Shown here: positions 1 through 13,574 of the stretch, piece by piece
How positions within the stretch are numbered: the first letter of the stretch is position 1
How the letters are laid out: each line of letters opens with the position of its first letter
Assembly: GCF_037042905.1 (NCBI RefSeq)
Contig: NC_087249.1
Span: 7,814,001-7,874,000 of the forward strand
Length of the DNA: 60,000 bases
DNA from: Lytechinus pictus
Taxonomy: Eukaryota
Direction of reading: 5' to 3'
Notes under the pieces: generated by a model
The model's database searches: none
What the model saw: the letters and a program-made list of their open reading frames with translations, nothing else
What the model was told of the DNA's origin: nothing
Program-made: the position numbers and the translations under genes

Positions 1-2706
1 CCAGTCTTCCAAAGCTGAACTTGCTGATCAGCATTAGACAGCACACATAAATCTTGTTGAGATGCTGATTTCAACTTTAGACAATATACATGTGAAGAGT
101 TAACATTTTCCAACAGACGGCATGTAATTACTGGTCGGTAATTAATGGCATATTGTAATGATCAATCATTTAATCAACCTACACGTAGTAAGGTTAAACT
201 GATTAGAAATTCCCAGGTCAGCAACTGAAGGGCACATTCAAATTGGTAAAGTAAATATAAACCATCAAACACCAAATCTGTGGTGCTTAATTGTTAACCA
301 GTGTACATAAAATACTAAACAAGTCATTACACTCTAGTATTATTTTACAATGTTAGTCCAATACTCATGAGTATTACTACTGTATAAACACCTGTGGTTG
401 TTACTTTGACACCTTTTGGATTTGCATTCAAACTAAATGGAGTAATTTTAACACCACTGAGTGTAATTTTAAAAACCTCAGGGTATGCTTCTCAATACAG
501 AAAAGACACTATCTGATGTTGGTAATGTTGTAAATGATATTTGTAAATGGAAGCTAGCATTATCCAAAGTACCATAAGCTATATATATTACTACAGTACA
601 CAAACTCTAAATTTCAAGGATTGAATAATCCAGAGAAAGCGTGAACAGTCACAAGCTGAAAAACATGGTTGTACACAGATATTTTTTTCCTGGGAGTGGC
701 AGCACTGTGTTAAAATCTTCAAAGAAACCCCAAAAGCGAGGGAGCGAAGAGACCAAGCTTGTCATTGGGGCACTTTTGCATTTTCTGAAGTGAAATTGAA
801 GGATTTCAAAATTTTGTGAATTTTTTGAAAATTTTCAATAAAAAATGTAAGTTAAAATTACTCCCAGAGAATAAAAGGAACATCATCAACTCTGTTTGCA
901 TAGACATGTACAGATACCCCAATGTGAGCATTTTAAATAGTATGCACTTTGTATTCCCAGCCCTCCCACTGAATATGACTAATATGGTAAGAGCATGGAG
1001 CTACTGACGTTAATAGCTCCATGATAAGATTGCTTTTTTAGAGAAGATCCAGAGCTAAATTTAGACAACTTTAATTCAATAACGTTCTTCCAACTCAATG
1101 ACGGGCTGTATTCGTCTATTAATAAGGATTAATGTTTCCTCTTCTGTATGCTAAAATTTGATTAGTACACTAAAGAGGATTAAATGACTGACAATGGAAA
1201 TAAAAGTATTTATTTCTACCACAGCTCATATTGGTTTCTAGACATTTTAGTTTCATCATTATTATCATTCATTCAATTTGAAAATATTAAGACTTGCACT
1301 AACTACTGCTCTACAAATCATGATCATATCTTACGATTAAAAGAAAATTGTGTCTGTAATTGTCTATGCATATTATACCCTGCCATTAATTAAAAAATAA
1401 GCTGAAGTTCAAGAATGGTATTCTTGAGAGAGGGTCCAACAGAAAACTCTGGCCATTGACGGTCTTGGATTAATTCAAACCCTTTCATGTGACAATGTAA
1501 AGGTGACTCTGCCTGACGCACTTTACACGGTCTGTTGCAATGCAATTTTTTACCAAATGATCACATTTTACATAATATATGATGAAAGTCCCAAGAAGTA
1601 AAATAATATTATTTGAAGTTCAGCGGAACGCTAGGAAAACTAACATTCAAATTCTACTTTGATGGTCGGAGTAAAGTCCAAATCGGATTCAAGTCGCAGC
1701 CAATGATCACATCACTATGATCTGGAATTGAATTTACTTATAAAGGGAGGCTAGAAATAGACTGGAATTTCTTTCGGCAGGACAGTGCTCTGCTGGTAAC
1801 TCAAAGCAATGCTATAGCAATTTAATTGGAAATCGAATCATTTAGTGTGCCTCAGGCTTTGGTCAAATATAAATATCTTGGGACCACAGATATAGTCGAA
1901 ATTTAGAAGATTAAATTCTCTTGGAGGAAATTTGCATATTCAGGTTGGAAATATTTCTTTGAGTTTAATAGGCAGTTATTTGACTTATGCAGAGCCAAGT
2001 GTACTCGGAAAAAAGAAGCAACTGGCTTGTCGATACTTCATGAAGGTCGTTTACAAAGTCACGTTAGGTTGGGGAAAGTGGACAGGATCAAGAGGAGCTC
2101 TCTCCATGAAAGTCTTTAACACTGACAATTTGAACATCTAATTAATGCTAACAACTCTACACAGAATGTCTATGGGTGAATGTTCTGAAAAGCAGATAAA
2201 CACCAAGTGAAGTAGAATGTACACATGTTTTTTTATTCGCTTGAATAATTACAAAGAGTAGGCCTCCATGTACATGTATGCTGCAATTAACTTCAATCAC
2301 TATAATTATTTCAAATATTCTGCGGACTAATTTTATTATTTTTGCATTCATATTGTTCCCCAAATTATTATCTTTTCATATTTCTTCATTTTGTGTGTGT
2401 ATTTTTATATTAGATACTATTTCTCATTAAGTATTGTTATATTTATGTTTTCTTGTTTCTGTAAAATATTATGTACCATTCAGCTTGTGCTACCAAGAAT
2501 CTTGAATAAAATTGTCAGGTCATATCCTTATTATGCAATCTATAATTATATGATGATTAAACCATACTGTCCAAAATGTCTGATTTAATTCTACAGAAAT
2601 ACAAAGAACATCAAGAGCAATATTTTCAATAAAACATCTTTTAAAAGACATGACTGACATGTCATCAAAGTGGTGGCTCTAAAGAGGAGATTCTTCTATT
2701 TTTTAA

Positions 2707-5700
2707 CCCTTTGCGTGCGACGGGCTTCCACAGAAGCCCAGCGAGGCGTTCACTTAGCTACGACGGGCTTCTACAGAAGCCGAGATTCGTTTGGTTTAAT
2801 TCGATGAAGTTTTTCAGCTTTTTCGTAATTGTTATGTACTAAAACTTTTCCCACCATTTCCTTTATAAACCTATTTTAATAATCAAATGAAAAAAATATA
2901 CAGCTACGTGGAGAAAAATCCCCAAAATAGGAAATCATTTCAACTTTACCCGATTTTTTCGTTGGGGTCAAACGGGAAGGATAAATTTTGTGACGTGCAC
3001 GTACGCGCGCGCACACTAGGCCTGATCACGTGATTTGTTTTGATCACGTGATTTGATCCATATCGTTGTTCTGAAAGATAAGCTAAAATCTTTTCTGGAA
3101 GATCGTCGCGTAATAACCTACGCGTTTATTCACCATTTTCGTCTTATTTGTTTCATCAAGAAGATATTACTCTAGATAGAATGATAGCTCCTTGGTTTCA
3201 TCGATTGTATTTTCAGAAAAACAAAAAGCTTGTAATGTCTTTTTCGTACATTGAGCTGATCGCGGTGCACTTATGAACTTTTTCCCTCCCCATCATCCCT
3301 CTTCTCATTATTTTTCTCTACTATTCTAAAAAAAGAAGAGAAAAGAAAAAGCAGTTTAGCACACCATTTATCTTATGCTCTTTTCAAAAGGGAAACGTCC
3401 ATGTAGTTCATGATATCGGCACTACCCAAAACAAAAGAATGTCTGGGCGGCAACTCAAACGAATTCCTTCCGAAAAGAGCAGGATACAGATGGTCAACGC
3501 CCCGAACAAAAGGAAGATTAGCGTTTATCGGCAAGATTACCTATTGAATGCTCTTTGTACTTAGCAATACAAAAAGTTTTTATGAATACTTTTTTCCGAC
3601 CAACATACCTTATCTAAAAAAAAATGAAAAAAAAATGTCTCAATTACCAACAAAACAGGTGCTTATGACATCGGTCAGTGATTCATTTTGCATAAAAGCG
3701 CTTCCCTGGGTGATGATGCATATGAGGATGAAAGAAGAATCATTTAGGGAAATTATAGGGAAAAAATGTTCAGATGTCACGGAGAACGAGAGAGAATTAG
3801 AGAGGGAAAGATAAAAGGGGGAATAGACAAGTGCACCTTTGCTAACATTCCATAATATCTACTTAAACGAATAATAACACGACTTTATTTATTTTTTTGT
3901 TATATTACTTTAAAAAAAGTCCCAAAACGTTTGTTTGTCGCAACTCGTTTTTTCAGACCCTTGTCAAACTGATGACTTTATATTACTATTCTTGTTTGAC
4001 CTAGCCCCCCTTCCCGATGGAAATGTTCTGACCTACACTGTCATATTGCTTGTTTGTCTCCTCTCTCCTATTTTCTGTTTTAATTGCTATAGTAACACGG
4101 TGGAAAAGATAATAATAAAGACCGTCCTGTCCATTTTTTCCCCCGTTACGACCAAAAGAAAATAATTTTTAAAAAATCGCATTGGGGCGCTTCCCATTGT
4201 TAGCATCCAAATCAAAATATTTGGAAAAAGATTTGTTATTCAGGGACAGCAATGTATTTGTTTATGGTGCAGGGTTTGTGCTGTGGGCCGGGGGTGAATC
4301 GGCTAAAAAATCAAATTGTTTTAATTCATGTCATTTTACAGAATGAATTCAATATAGGATAGGTTTTAGATGCTCTTTATCTTATTTTTATTTTTTCTCC
4401 CAGATAAATTTTTTGCATTGAAAAGTTGACGGAAACATAATCAATTAAAATGATAAAACCAATAATGAACTAGAAGTTTCCTCGTCTGAAATGGAGGAAA
4501 TATATATGATGAGAAATTATGTTAAGGCGCCCACTGGCGTGTCTGGGGTGTCACCCGACAGAACCCTCTCAATCCTACAAACTTTTATTCACGTGCGACC
4601 TACACCCCCCCCCCCCAAGGGTTGATACCGACCCCAATTTTATTGATTTTCCTACTTTTTCGCGAATTTCTTTTTTTTACCGGCGAATAGCGTGGTAGAA
4701 AAGATTCATATAAAAAAAATATGTTTCCGTTACTGCAAACATTTTGGGCACTTATCCTGGTTAGCATCAAAAACAAAATATCTGATTTTTAAAATAAAAA
4801 ACAGGGGCCGCTGAGCGTTTTGATAATGGAGGGGTTGAGCTGAATGTGGGAGGGAGTGGACTGGCAAAAAAATCACAAATTTATATAGTCTTCGGATTTG
4901 TTGTATGTTTGTTGAAAGGGGTGAGGACTGAAACTTCCTACCAACTCCGCAGCCTTCGGACTATAATATAGAACAATTAAAACGATAAAGACAAAAATGA
5001 ATTCTAACTATTAGGAATGTTTTTTTTTTAATTTATTTATTACTTTGTTTTCGGTTGTAAAATCAAGGAGACAAATTAAAAATGGAACAAAACGAAAGAA
5101 CAAATTAATAAATTGCTTTTGATTGCGGATGTTATAATCAATTCAAGAAAAAATACTTTATTTTACTATTAGTAATTGCTAGCATGGCTCTTTTTAGGGA
5201 AAAAAGTAAGATAAAGAAAGAAACGTAGAAAGTGTCAAGAAGAAAGTTGAGAGGTATGATTTCAGACTTTCAATTTTAATAAGTCACTTTTACTCGTTTA
5301 ACTCTGAAATAATTTCAGGATATTACAAATTGAATGCCGGTGCGCAAACTTCAGGAACAAAATTATTTTATTATCATAGCTGCGTGGAAAATCGAATTAA
5401 ATGAGACGTATGATTTATGAAAAAATCTTTAAAAATGACTTTTAGTGAAAGATTGAGGCCTCTGTCTTGCCATAACCCTGAGCCCCAAGTTCACACACAA
5501 AAATAGTTTAGTCGTGCATTTTTATAAGATGATCCTCATCATTATCATTTTGTATTTTGCGAAAGATATCTACCTATGTTATCAATATAGGAAGATGATT
5601 TAATATTTATTGTGAAGTGACAGTTACAATAGTAATTTTAAAAGTTTTTTTCGGGATATTAAATTGAGAAACGGGGGGGGGGGCCTAAATTTTCGACATG

Positions 5701-7260
5701 ATGACCACGATCCAATTGGACGAGAGGCCCACAAATGCAACCATTTCCGATCAATACAAGTTGGCAAAAACGAGGCATATATATTCCCTCGGAACCGTTT
5801 CCGATGAAGACAAAGAGAGGGTGCAATGAGACGTAATATATATTTCTTCTATTTCAAAGGAAATAAACAGAAAATAAAGCAATTTAGAACGCCGTTTATC
5901 CTCTGCTCTTTTGAAAGTGAAAACGTCCACGCAGTTCTTGATCTCGGCACTCCCCAAAACAAATAAAAAAAAATCATGGCGGACGCTCAAACGAATTCCT
6001 TATAAAAAAGCAGGAGACAAATAGCCAACGCCCTGAATAAAAGGAAGATTAGTGTATTTCGTCAAGATGACATACTGAATGTTTTTCATATTTAGCAATA
6101 CAAAAAGCTCTTAGGAATACTGCTTTTCATATTACGACAGTAAAATTAAAAAAGTAAATGTTTACTCACAAAATATTGCCAAAACATGCAGGCGCTTAAG
6201 ACATGGCAAGAACATTTTCTTCTTGAGCACGACAATGCTTTCTTCATTAAAAAAACCCAGAACCGTTAAAAAATGAATAAAATGAAAGAGCAAAATAAAA
6301 CACTTTTTATTTAGATGCTACAATTTTAATAGATATATAGAATAAATATTGAAATAATTTACTTTCTCTCATTGTGACGAACAGTAATCGGTAGCATGGT
6401 TATTTTTGGAGGGAAAGGGAGATAGAAAAAATGAAACGTTGAACGAGACGAGGAGAGCGTTGGGAGGTATGATTTCAGATCCACTATTCGAGTCACATTT
6501 ATCCCCTTCACTCTTTGAGATTGCAACATGAAAACAGATCGAATACTGGTATGCAATCTTCAGGATCAAAATTATTTTTATTACAAGCAATAATTCATGA
6601 ATAGAAGAAACCAAAGGCGATTTTTAGTGAAACATTGAGGCCACCGTCTTGAAGCCCAGAAGCCTCAAATCACAAATTAGTTTCGGACTTTCGTTGCGAA
6701 GCATCATCATTGTACTTGCAAAGGAACATTTACCATTTTTTATTCATTCTGGAAAATAAAGGTATTTGGTATGCTGTGATTTCACAAAAAAAGGATTATC
6801 GTCGTAATTATACACTTTGCAAATGATCTCTCTACAAGGAGGTAAAGAGACCATTCATGAGTAGCGTGACAATAATAGACAATGAAAAAAGCACGAGAGC
6901 AGACAACAAAGCGGTATCGATCGAACCCGACCTGTCCGCGTGTGCTGATTGCCCTTACGCATTTTTGTACACAGTGCCTATTGACTTGGGGAAAAGCGAA
7001 GATTTTACAAAATAACACAACTTTTTCCTCGTAAATTTCTCAACTATTCTGTTGATTTGAGAAGCAAAACCTTTATTTCTAGAAAGAAAAATGTTTGATG
7101 TTTCATCTTTACATTTACTAAAAATCCTGAAAATACATCAGTTTGGCGCAATTAGCAATTGATTCGGAAAACACCGCCACAGATCCAAATACCAGCAATG
7201 TACCAAAACGTCTCCGCCGCAGGGAGAGGTATCGGGATTCGCGGGCCCGCACGCAAAGGG
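2707..7260. mobile_element. Non-autonomous piggyBac-like DNA transposon (4554 bp)
   Basis: TTAA at 2703-2706 and 7261-7264 flanks perfect 13-bp TIRs CCCTTTGCGTGCG (2707-2719) / CGCACGCAAAGGG (7248-7260). CCC...GGG termini plus a TTAA target are piggyBac hallmarks. No transposase ORF inside. Confidence 0.85.
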
Positions 7261-7441
7261 TTAAAGATATATTACAGCTATGAAAAGTGCGCATATGGAT
7301 GCATTTAGCAGTAATTATACATCATATATGCATTTTGGTATCATTATTATCATAATTAAGATCACACTAAAATTCTTTCCTACTTCAACAAAATTGTGCC
7401 AAATGATTTTAAGACAAATGGTAGGCTAATATTCGTTACTG

Positions 7442-7714
7442 GGGCCAGTCTTACAAAAAGTGCGATTGATCCGATCAATCGCAACTGTGGAAAGCCAGCA
7501 AAGTCTACATAGAAAATGCATGTTTGTTCAAAAACTTTGCTCATGTGAATTTATTTACCATAAATTCATTGATTTCTTGACAATTTGGTGTGTTATCCTT
7601 TGTAACTTACAAAGGACATTTTGCAAATTTCCTGTTAAAAAAATTATGACATTGATGGATTTCCATAGAGTTGATATTGATTGGATCAATCGTAACTCTT
7701 TGTAAGACGGGGAC
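7442..7714. mobile_element. MITE, Harbinger-like (CWG target), family shared with 40833-41092
   Basis: Imperfect TIRs GGGCCAGTCTTACAAA..GATTGATCC / GGATCAATCGTAACTCTTTGTAAGACGGGGAC, CTG/CAG flanks, and similar internal sequence to the copy at 40833. Confidence 0.7.
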
Positions 7715-8401
7715 CAGGACGTCACATGTGAGAAACTGCCTTGTAAGCCATGTAATCAAATTCCCAGAATTTCAATATTTTTTAGAGAATGACAAAAAAA
7801 ATATTTTTCTTGAAGAATGTATAGATTTATGCATCCTAGGTAAAATCACGTTATTTTCTCTTCTTTTATTATTTTAATGGTACTTTAGGGAATTCATATC
7901 ATGTGACAAAATTAACGCTTTAGAATTCCAAGGTCACCGTATTATTCCTCAATTGCTTAGGTATTGACAAACCTTCATATATCTTTGCTTCTCTTTCATC
8001 AAAACCAACGTGATATCAGAGTGATCTTTCCCTTTAATGGAAGGATAATACTAATTTCAGTGGGCAAATAAATTGAAGCAGTTTCGACAAGATAATACAG
8101 CATCCTCCACTCCGCTGGTATATGTCATTAATTTGAATGACAAAAGAATAGACTGTCAATAAGCAAGAGCCTTCCTGCATGACTATTATACTGAGGTGAA
8201 GTCTGAAATTCTGAACACCCCCCCCCCCTCCCTACCCCAACCTTCTCCACAAATGTGACACCATGTTCATAAAGGGCCTCTGTTAAATGTAAACAAAGAT
8301 TGTGATGAATAAATTCAACAAGAAAAATCGTGTTCTATTCAGCTTGGGTTGGCCAATGTGATTTAAACTACAAGCCCTGTCCAACAGCCAACATCAATAT
8401 C

Positions 8402-8545
8402 GTGAAATGCTTGCCAAGAATAAAAAAGAAAGATGTACAAAACCTTAGAAATGGCAAATAACAATGTGAAATCCATGAAACGCTTGCCAAGGGAAAAAAA
8501 ATATGTTTACTAAACCTTAGAAATAGCAAATAACAATGTGAAATC
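8402..8545 (+). repeat. Two-copy ~72-bp tandem duplication
   Basis: tgaaa(t/c)gcttgccaag...aaaccttagaaat(g/a)gcaaataacaatgtgaaatc occurs twice in tandem. Confidence 0.85.
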
Positions 8546-10004
8546 AGCTGTAATTTTCCAAATCACACCACACTAAAACATGCAATAGTTTGAAATGCAA
8601 TCATTCATACAGTATTTCAACTATTCATAGATTTATAGTAGTTGTACACTCAAGATCTCAAGTAAGAATAAATGCAATTTTTGAAAATAAACAAAAATAG
8701 CCAAGTACAGAGGACTCTAGTCTAAAATGACATCAAACTTTACATCGATTTCAAAGATGGAGCATCAGAAAACATCAAAGAGCACTACAGACATATCCAT
8801 TCCGCAGTCAACCTTCATATTGTGAGATTAAGGTCACTCCATAATTGGTGGCTAGCTCTGAACCAACACAATGAGAAATATAGGAAATGATCCACGTCTT
8901 CCATATCCACTCTCCACAGAAATGAAAACAACACATTGCCTCTCAAATGACTTTCCATTAAACATATTTGCTTCACAACTCACAGACGATGTGGCTTTGA
9001 ATTCACTGACAAATGGTCCCCTAATCATATTTGAAACACGTCGCTTCATTGCAAGCATCGCTTTCTCCTCGGCACTCGCTGCGGTGTAAAGAGTTTTGGT
9101 GGCATCAAAAGGACACCTTCGATGCTGCGATAGAGGACACAGAAGTTGAACTGTCCAAGTGTTTCGGCAGACAGCTTCGAAATGAACTCGGTCAAAGGGG
9201 GATCTATTTGGCCAGGTGGACACATCCAATACTTGATGGCGGTCAATAATTGCAAAACACCATCGCTCACATGTTGAAAGGTCTGCCGGAGACAGTGAAC
9301 TAGCCATTAACCACTGTCGGATTCACAGAGCTGAAAAGTAATTGATTTCTTTGATTATTTGGAAGCTGGCAGGATGCAAATGAACAGGAAAAGTGGCCTT
9401 GACGGCAGTATTTAGTCTTTAAAGCCTGAAAGTCATGAGCTACTTTATCTATCAAGAAAAAAAAAGGAATATAAGAATCAAATCACGATAACAATCAGAT
9501 TAGAATAAGGAAGCTTAAAAGCTAACAAAAATTCTGGGGCATGGACGATTTATCAGACCTGGTAATATTAAAAAGGCAGTGATACCTAATAATGAAGGTA
9601 AAAAATCAGGAAGAAAATCGTACCTTGTCAACATCATATTATGTAATTACCACTCTTCACCACAGAATCAGATGTAATAACCAACAGTTTCACTGTTTTC
9701 CTTTTCTTTTTTTTTTCTTTTCTCATCTCCTCTTTTGTATTTGTTAAGAGTCGCACAGTATAGGGGGAGTTATTATCTCCGACTCCCCCTGTTTTGATCA
9801 TGAATTCTGATTTCCATTCTCAAATCCGAGATGGGATCAAAAAAGTTATATTTATGCAAAATGACACCATTTGGAATCTTGAAGAAAAGGCAATAATATT
9901 TGATGCTCAGTAGCAGCAAGACTAATAGATACATGTATTCACCCAAGGAGTATAAATAGTACTTTAAAGACTTTAAAGACTTAGATACAAAAACAACTAA
10001 ACTG

Positions 10005-10277
10005 CAGTCAAACCTACATTTAGCAGCAGACTCTAGAAGCTACCTGTTAAAATGACCACTAAAACTGATTCCCATTGAGTCATATTAATATTAATAACAG
10101 CTAAAACTGTTTCATATGGAGGCAGATTAATGTTAAGAACCTTATATAGCAGCCACCTGACTATATTGACCACTAAAACTGATCCATGGAGCCATATTAT
10201 AGATCAAGCCACCTGCATATGAAGGCCAGCCAAAAATTTGTCTTTCTCTTGGTGGTCATTTTAGACAGGTTTCAATG
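10005..10277. mobile_element. Degenerate Tc1/pogo(Tigger)-like MITE
   Basis: Termini CAGTCAAACCT...AGGTTTCAATG followed by TA. Internal duplicated block tgaccactaaaactgat. Confidence 0.5.
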
Positions 10278-11433
10278 TAAACATACCGTCATTGCCAACA
10301 ATGCACAAAATAAAATCAAAGCAGAATTACATCGAAGCCTATTCATGGATTGGCCTAGGGGTCAGCCCCATGTCTTTAAAGGAATCAATCACAGTAAAAC
10401 ACAATGAAAAGAACACCACAAAAAATAAATTTTGTATGCTTAGCCTTATGATCACCAATGATTCCACAGAGTTTCCATTTAGTATATTCCAAACAAACAT
10501 TTTACAGTGGAGAGCACAGGTTGAGATGGACACGAAGCACAATTACAGCTACTACTGGATGAGGAAAAGAAGAAGTTTGACCCCAAATCCACCTTGGTAT
10601 TCCAAATGGCATTGTGCGGTGGTATGCTCAGCTGTGTCAAGTTCATTTGATAGCTCCACACGTGTGAATCTCACGATGAGAGACGCTGCATTCCCTGACC
10701 GACCAAGCCACCTCCCAAGTACAACATTAAAAAAAAATGCATTACTCCTCGCAGAACCGAGTCTGCATCGCTGGCTAGATGCAGCAATAATACAAAAGAC
10801 TGCATTCACACTTGGTGCTTTCAACGAAACGCAACCTTGTAAAAAAAAAGAATAGGCTAACCTCTCTCAAGCATTAGGATTCCTATATATACATGTACAA
10901 GTAGGGCGAAGTGTACAACCGGTCTCTCATTTTCTCTCATTTTCAAAGCCTTTGAGGGATGATTTGTATTTGGACATGCCTTCTTAATCACATATGAGCT
11001 TTCCTAGGAGACCACCTAACAAGGTTTGTTGGGAATTAATCAAGCGGCCCACCGGTAACTAATGAGTCGGCTGGCAGCCAGATGTATAATAACTTCATAT
11101 CTGGGAAAGATAGCCAGCGCCACATCCTGGCTGAATTGGATGCTACATGTACCTCCCACATCATATAGCTCCGTGCACTTTCATATCAAACATGACATCC
11201 TTCTTTTCTATACAAATCATGAGTGCAAACACAACAGCTGGTGATAAATATTTGATGTAAAACAATGTCAACTAACTAAATACTTGGGTATTATGTATAC
11301 AAAAGTTGGGTAATGTAAAATACTCTATTCAGAGCAATAATGTTAATCAAATTATGATGACAGTGATCTTGCTACTTCTATATTTGTTTTCATCAATTTT
11401 TGCTCTTACTGGTGCTGATATTGTGAATATTGA

Positions 11434-11482
11434 TAGTAGTAGAAGTACATGTAGTAGTAGTAGGAGAAGTAGTAGTAGAAGC

Positions 11483-11556
<74 letters not shown>

Positions 11557-11570
11557 AAGTAGAAGTAGTG

Positions 11571-11652
<82 letters not shown>

Positions 11653-11670
11653 AAGTAGTAGCAGTAGTAG
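11434..11670. repeat. (AGT)n microsatellite
   Basis: Long AGT run with occasional AGA interruptions. It explains the poly-Ser/Val/Thr ORFs. Confidence 0.97.
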
Positions 11671-12004
11671 AATTATTCAATCATTTCATGCCAATAAGAC
11701 CATAAAGTACTTTTATACCCAGACACACACACCCACGCACACGCACACATCCACCCCACACAAACAAACAACACTAAACCATACCCAGATCTCACACAAA
11801 CATGTATTCAATACAATATTCCCTCAAAATCAATTTAATTACTTCCATGTCTCTGCCTCAAGGCTGAGAATGAGATTGCTGTAATGATTTTAAAAATCAC
11901 TTCACAAATCAATTTTCATGATGCGTTTCACAAGCAATCTTACTGATGAAATAAAGTTTCAACGTTACAAGTACATTGTACGCAACTAGAAGATTATATG
12001 CAAT

Positions 12005-12094
12005 CAGTGGAGGATCCGGGGGGCACCTTTTTTTTTCTTTCTTTCTTTTTTTGCTTGTCAAATTTTCCTCAGGAAAATCCTGGATCCGCCCCTA
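12005..12094. mobile_element. 90-bp hAT-type MITE
   Basis: TIRs CAGTGGAGGATCC / GGATCCGCCCCTA and an 8-bp TSD TATGCAAT at 11997-12004 and 12095-12102. Confidence 0.8.
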
Positions 12095-12349
12095 TATGCA
12101 ATAGAAAGGAAAGGGAAGAGAATGAGAGGGGCAAGAGACAGATGAAAAGAGACAAGATAGGAAAACAGGGAGTTCGAAAATGGGAAAGATTATGAAATAT
12201 GAAGTGGAATCGGAAATAAAAATGAATGACAAATAGGTGAAATGAGAAGAAGAGAAGCAGAAAGACTGAGGGAATCAAGTGTGAGATAAGTGAGGTTGGT
12301 TAATAACTTTAAGCATGGATAGACTACTAAAAGGAACCGAAAGAATTGG

Positions 12350-12555
12350 AAGATAGATTGACAGATAGATGGACTGAGAGCTTGAGAGATAGATGGACCG
12401 AAGAAATATAGATACATTGATAGAAAGAAATGTCAATAGAGATAGATTTAAGTAGGTAGGTGGATGGATGGATGGATGGATGGATAGATGGATGGATAGA
12501 TGGATGGATGGATGGATAGATAGATAGAAAGATAAATAGATAGATAGATAGATAG
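12350..12555. repeat. (GATG)n/(GATA)n tetranucleotide microsatellite
   Basis: Runs of gatg and gata units. Confidence 0.9.
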
Positions 12556-13017
12556 GCAAACAGTTTGGAGATAATCTAATAAAACAGAAATAAATAACCA
12601 TAAATTCTTCAAACAAAAGAATATATTTTTAGAAATAACAAATGTCAAATAATTCAAAATGTCAATGCGAGTCTTTGATTAGCCAAGCATGATGCTTGAT
12701 CAATCAATAAATCATGAATAGCAACAAACTTTCTTGCTTGTATTTCCACTGCAATAATGCAGGAGATAAATGGAAGCAAAGTGAAAAATTGAAGAATGGG
12801 AAAAGGTTAATAAACTGATGGAATGCACTTTGATGGGGGGAGTAATGTTTCATAATACTTTTTTCTATCTACATGTATATGCTACTCATTTTCACCACTG
12901 TCCAACAAAAGTCATTGATTGTAAACATTATCTCATTTATCATTGTATTAAATGACAGGACAATGTGAAATAATGGCAAAAAGGAGATTTTTCATACTTA
13001 CAAGTAAATTATCCACG

Positions 13018-13574
13018 TATACCCTTTTTACACAGGATTTTCTTAGCCCCGGACTATCGCTAACCCCGTACTATCCTTAACCCCGTACTATTTTTTTTCC
13101 TTTTTACACATGCCAAATTGTTATTGCTAACCCCGGATAAGGAATGCTTGCTTTTCACACACGAAACTCGCTAACCCCGGACTAGTGGTTTTTGTCGATC
13201 ATTCGTAGTACAAGTACTTCACTCGTACCTTTTTACACACGCTACAATTTCCTTAACCCCGTACTATAGGTGGGGCCAAATTGCCATTTAGCCCCACCTA
13301 TAGTACGGGGTTAAGCTTAGCCCACTTTCGTTTTACACTAGCGATTTTAACCCCGTACTATCGCTCTTAGCACCGCAATTGCTGGGATAACCCTGCTTTT
13401 TTGCAGGGCCAAATAATCCCGTACTAAAGGTGGGGTTAGCCCACTTTGCAAAAATGCTGTGTAAAAAGAAAGTGGGCTAAGCTTAACCCCGTACTATAGG
13501 TGGGGCTAAATGGCAATTTAGCCCCACCTATAGTACGGGGTTAAGGAAATTTTAGCGTGTGTAAAAAGGGTATA
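13018..13574. mobile_element. MITE with TA-flanked TIRs and internal TAACCCCGTACTA repeats
   Basis: TATACCCTTTTTACAC / GTGTAAAAAGGGTATA ends, many TAACCCCG(G/T)ACTA motifs and internal palindromic blocks. Confidence 0.85.

Noticed and set aside
11306..11884. 192-aa ORF with an apparent signal peptide and poly-Ser
   Set aside because: The ORF is held open by the (AGT)n microsatellite. The hydrophobic start is just T-rich sequence.
12190..12657. ORFs with IYLS/IHPS repeats
   Set aside because: These are translations of GATA/GATG microsatellites.
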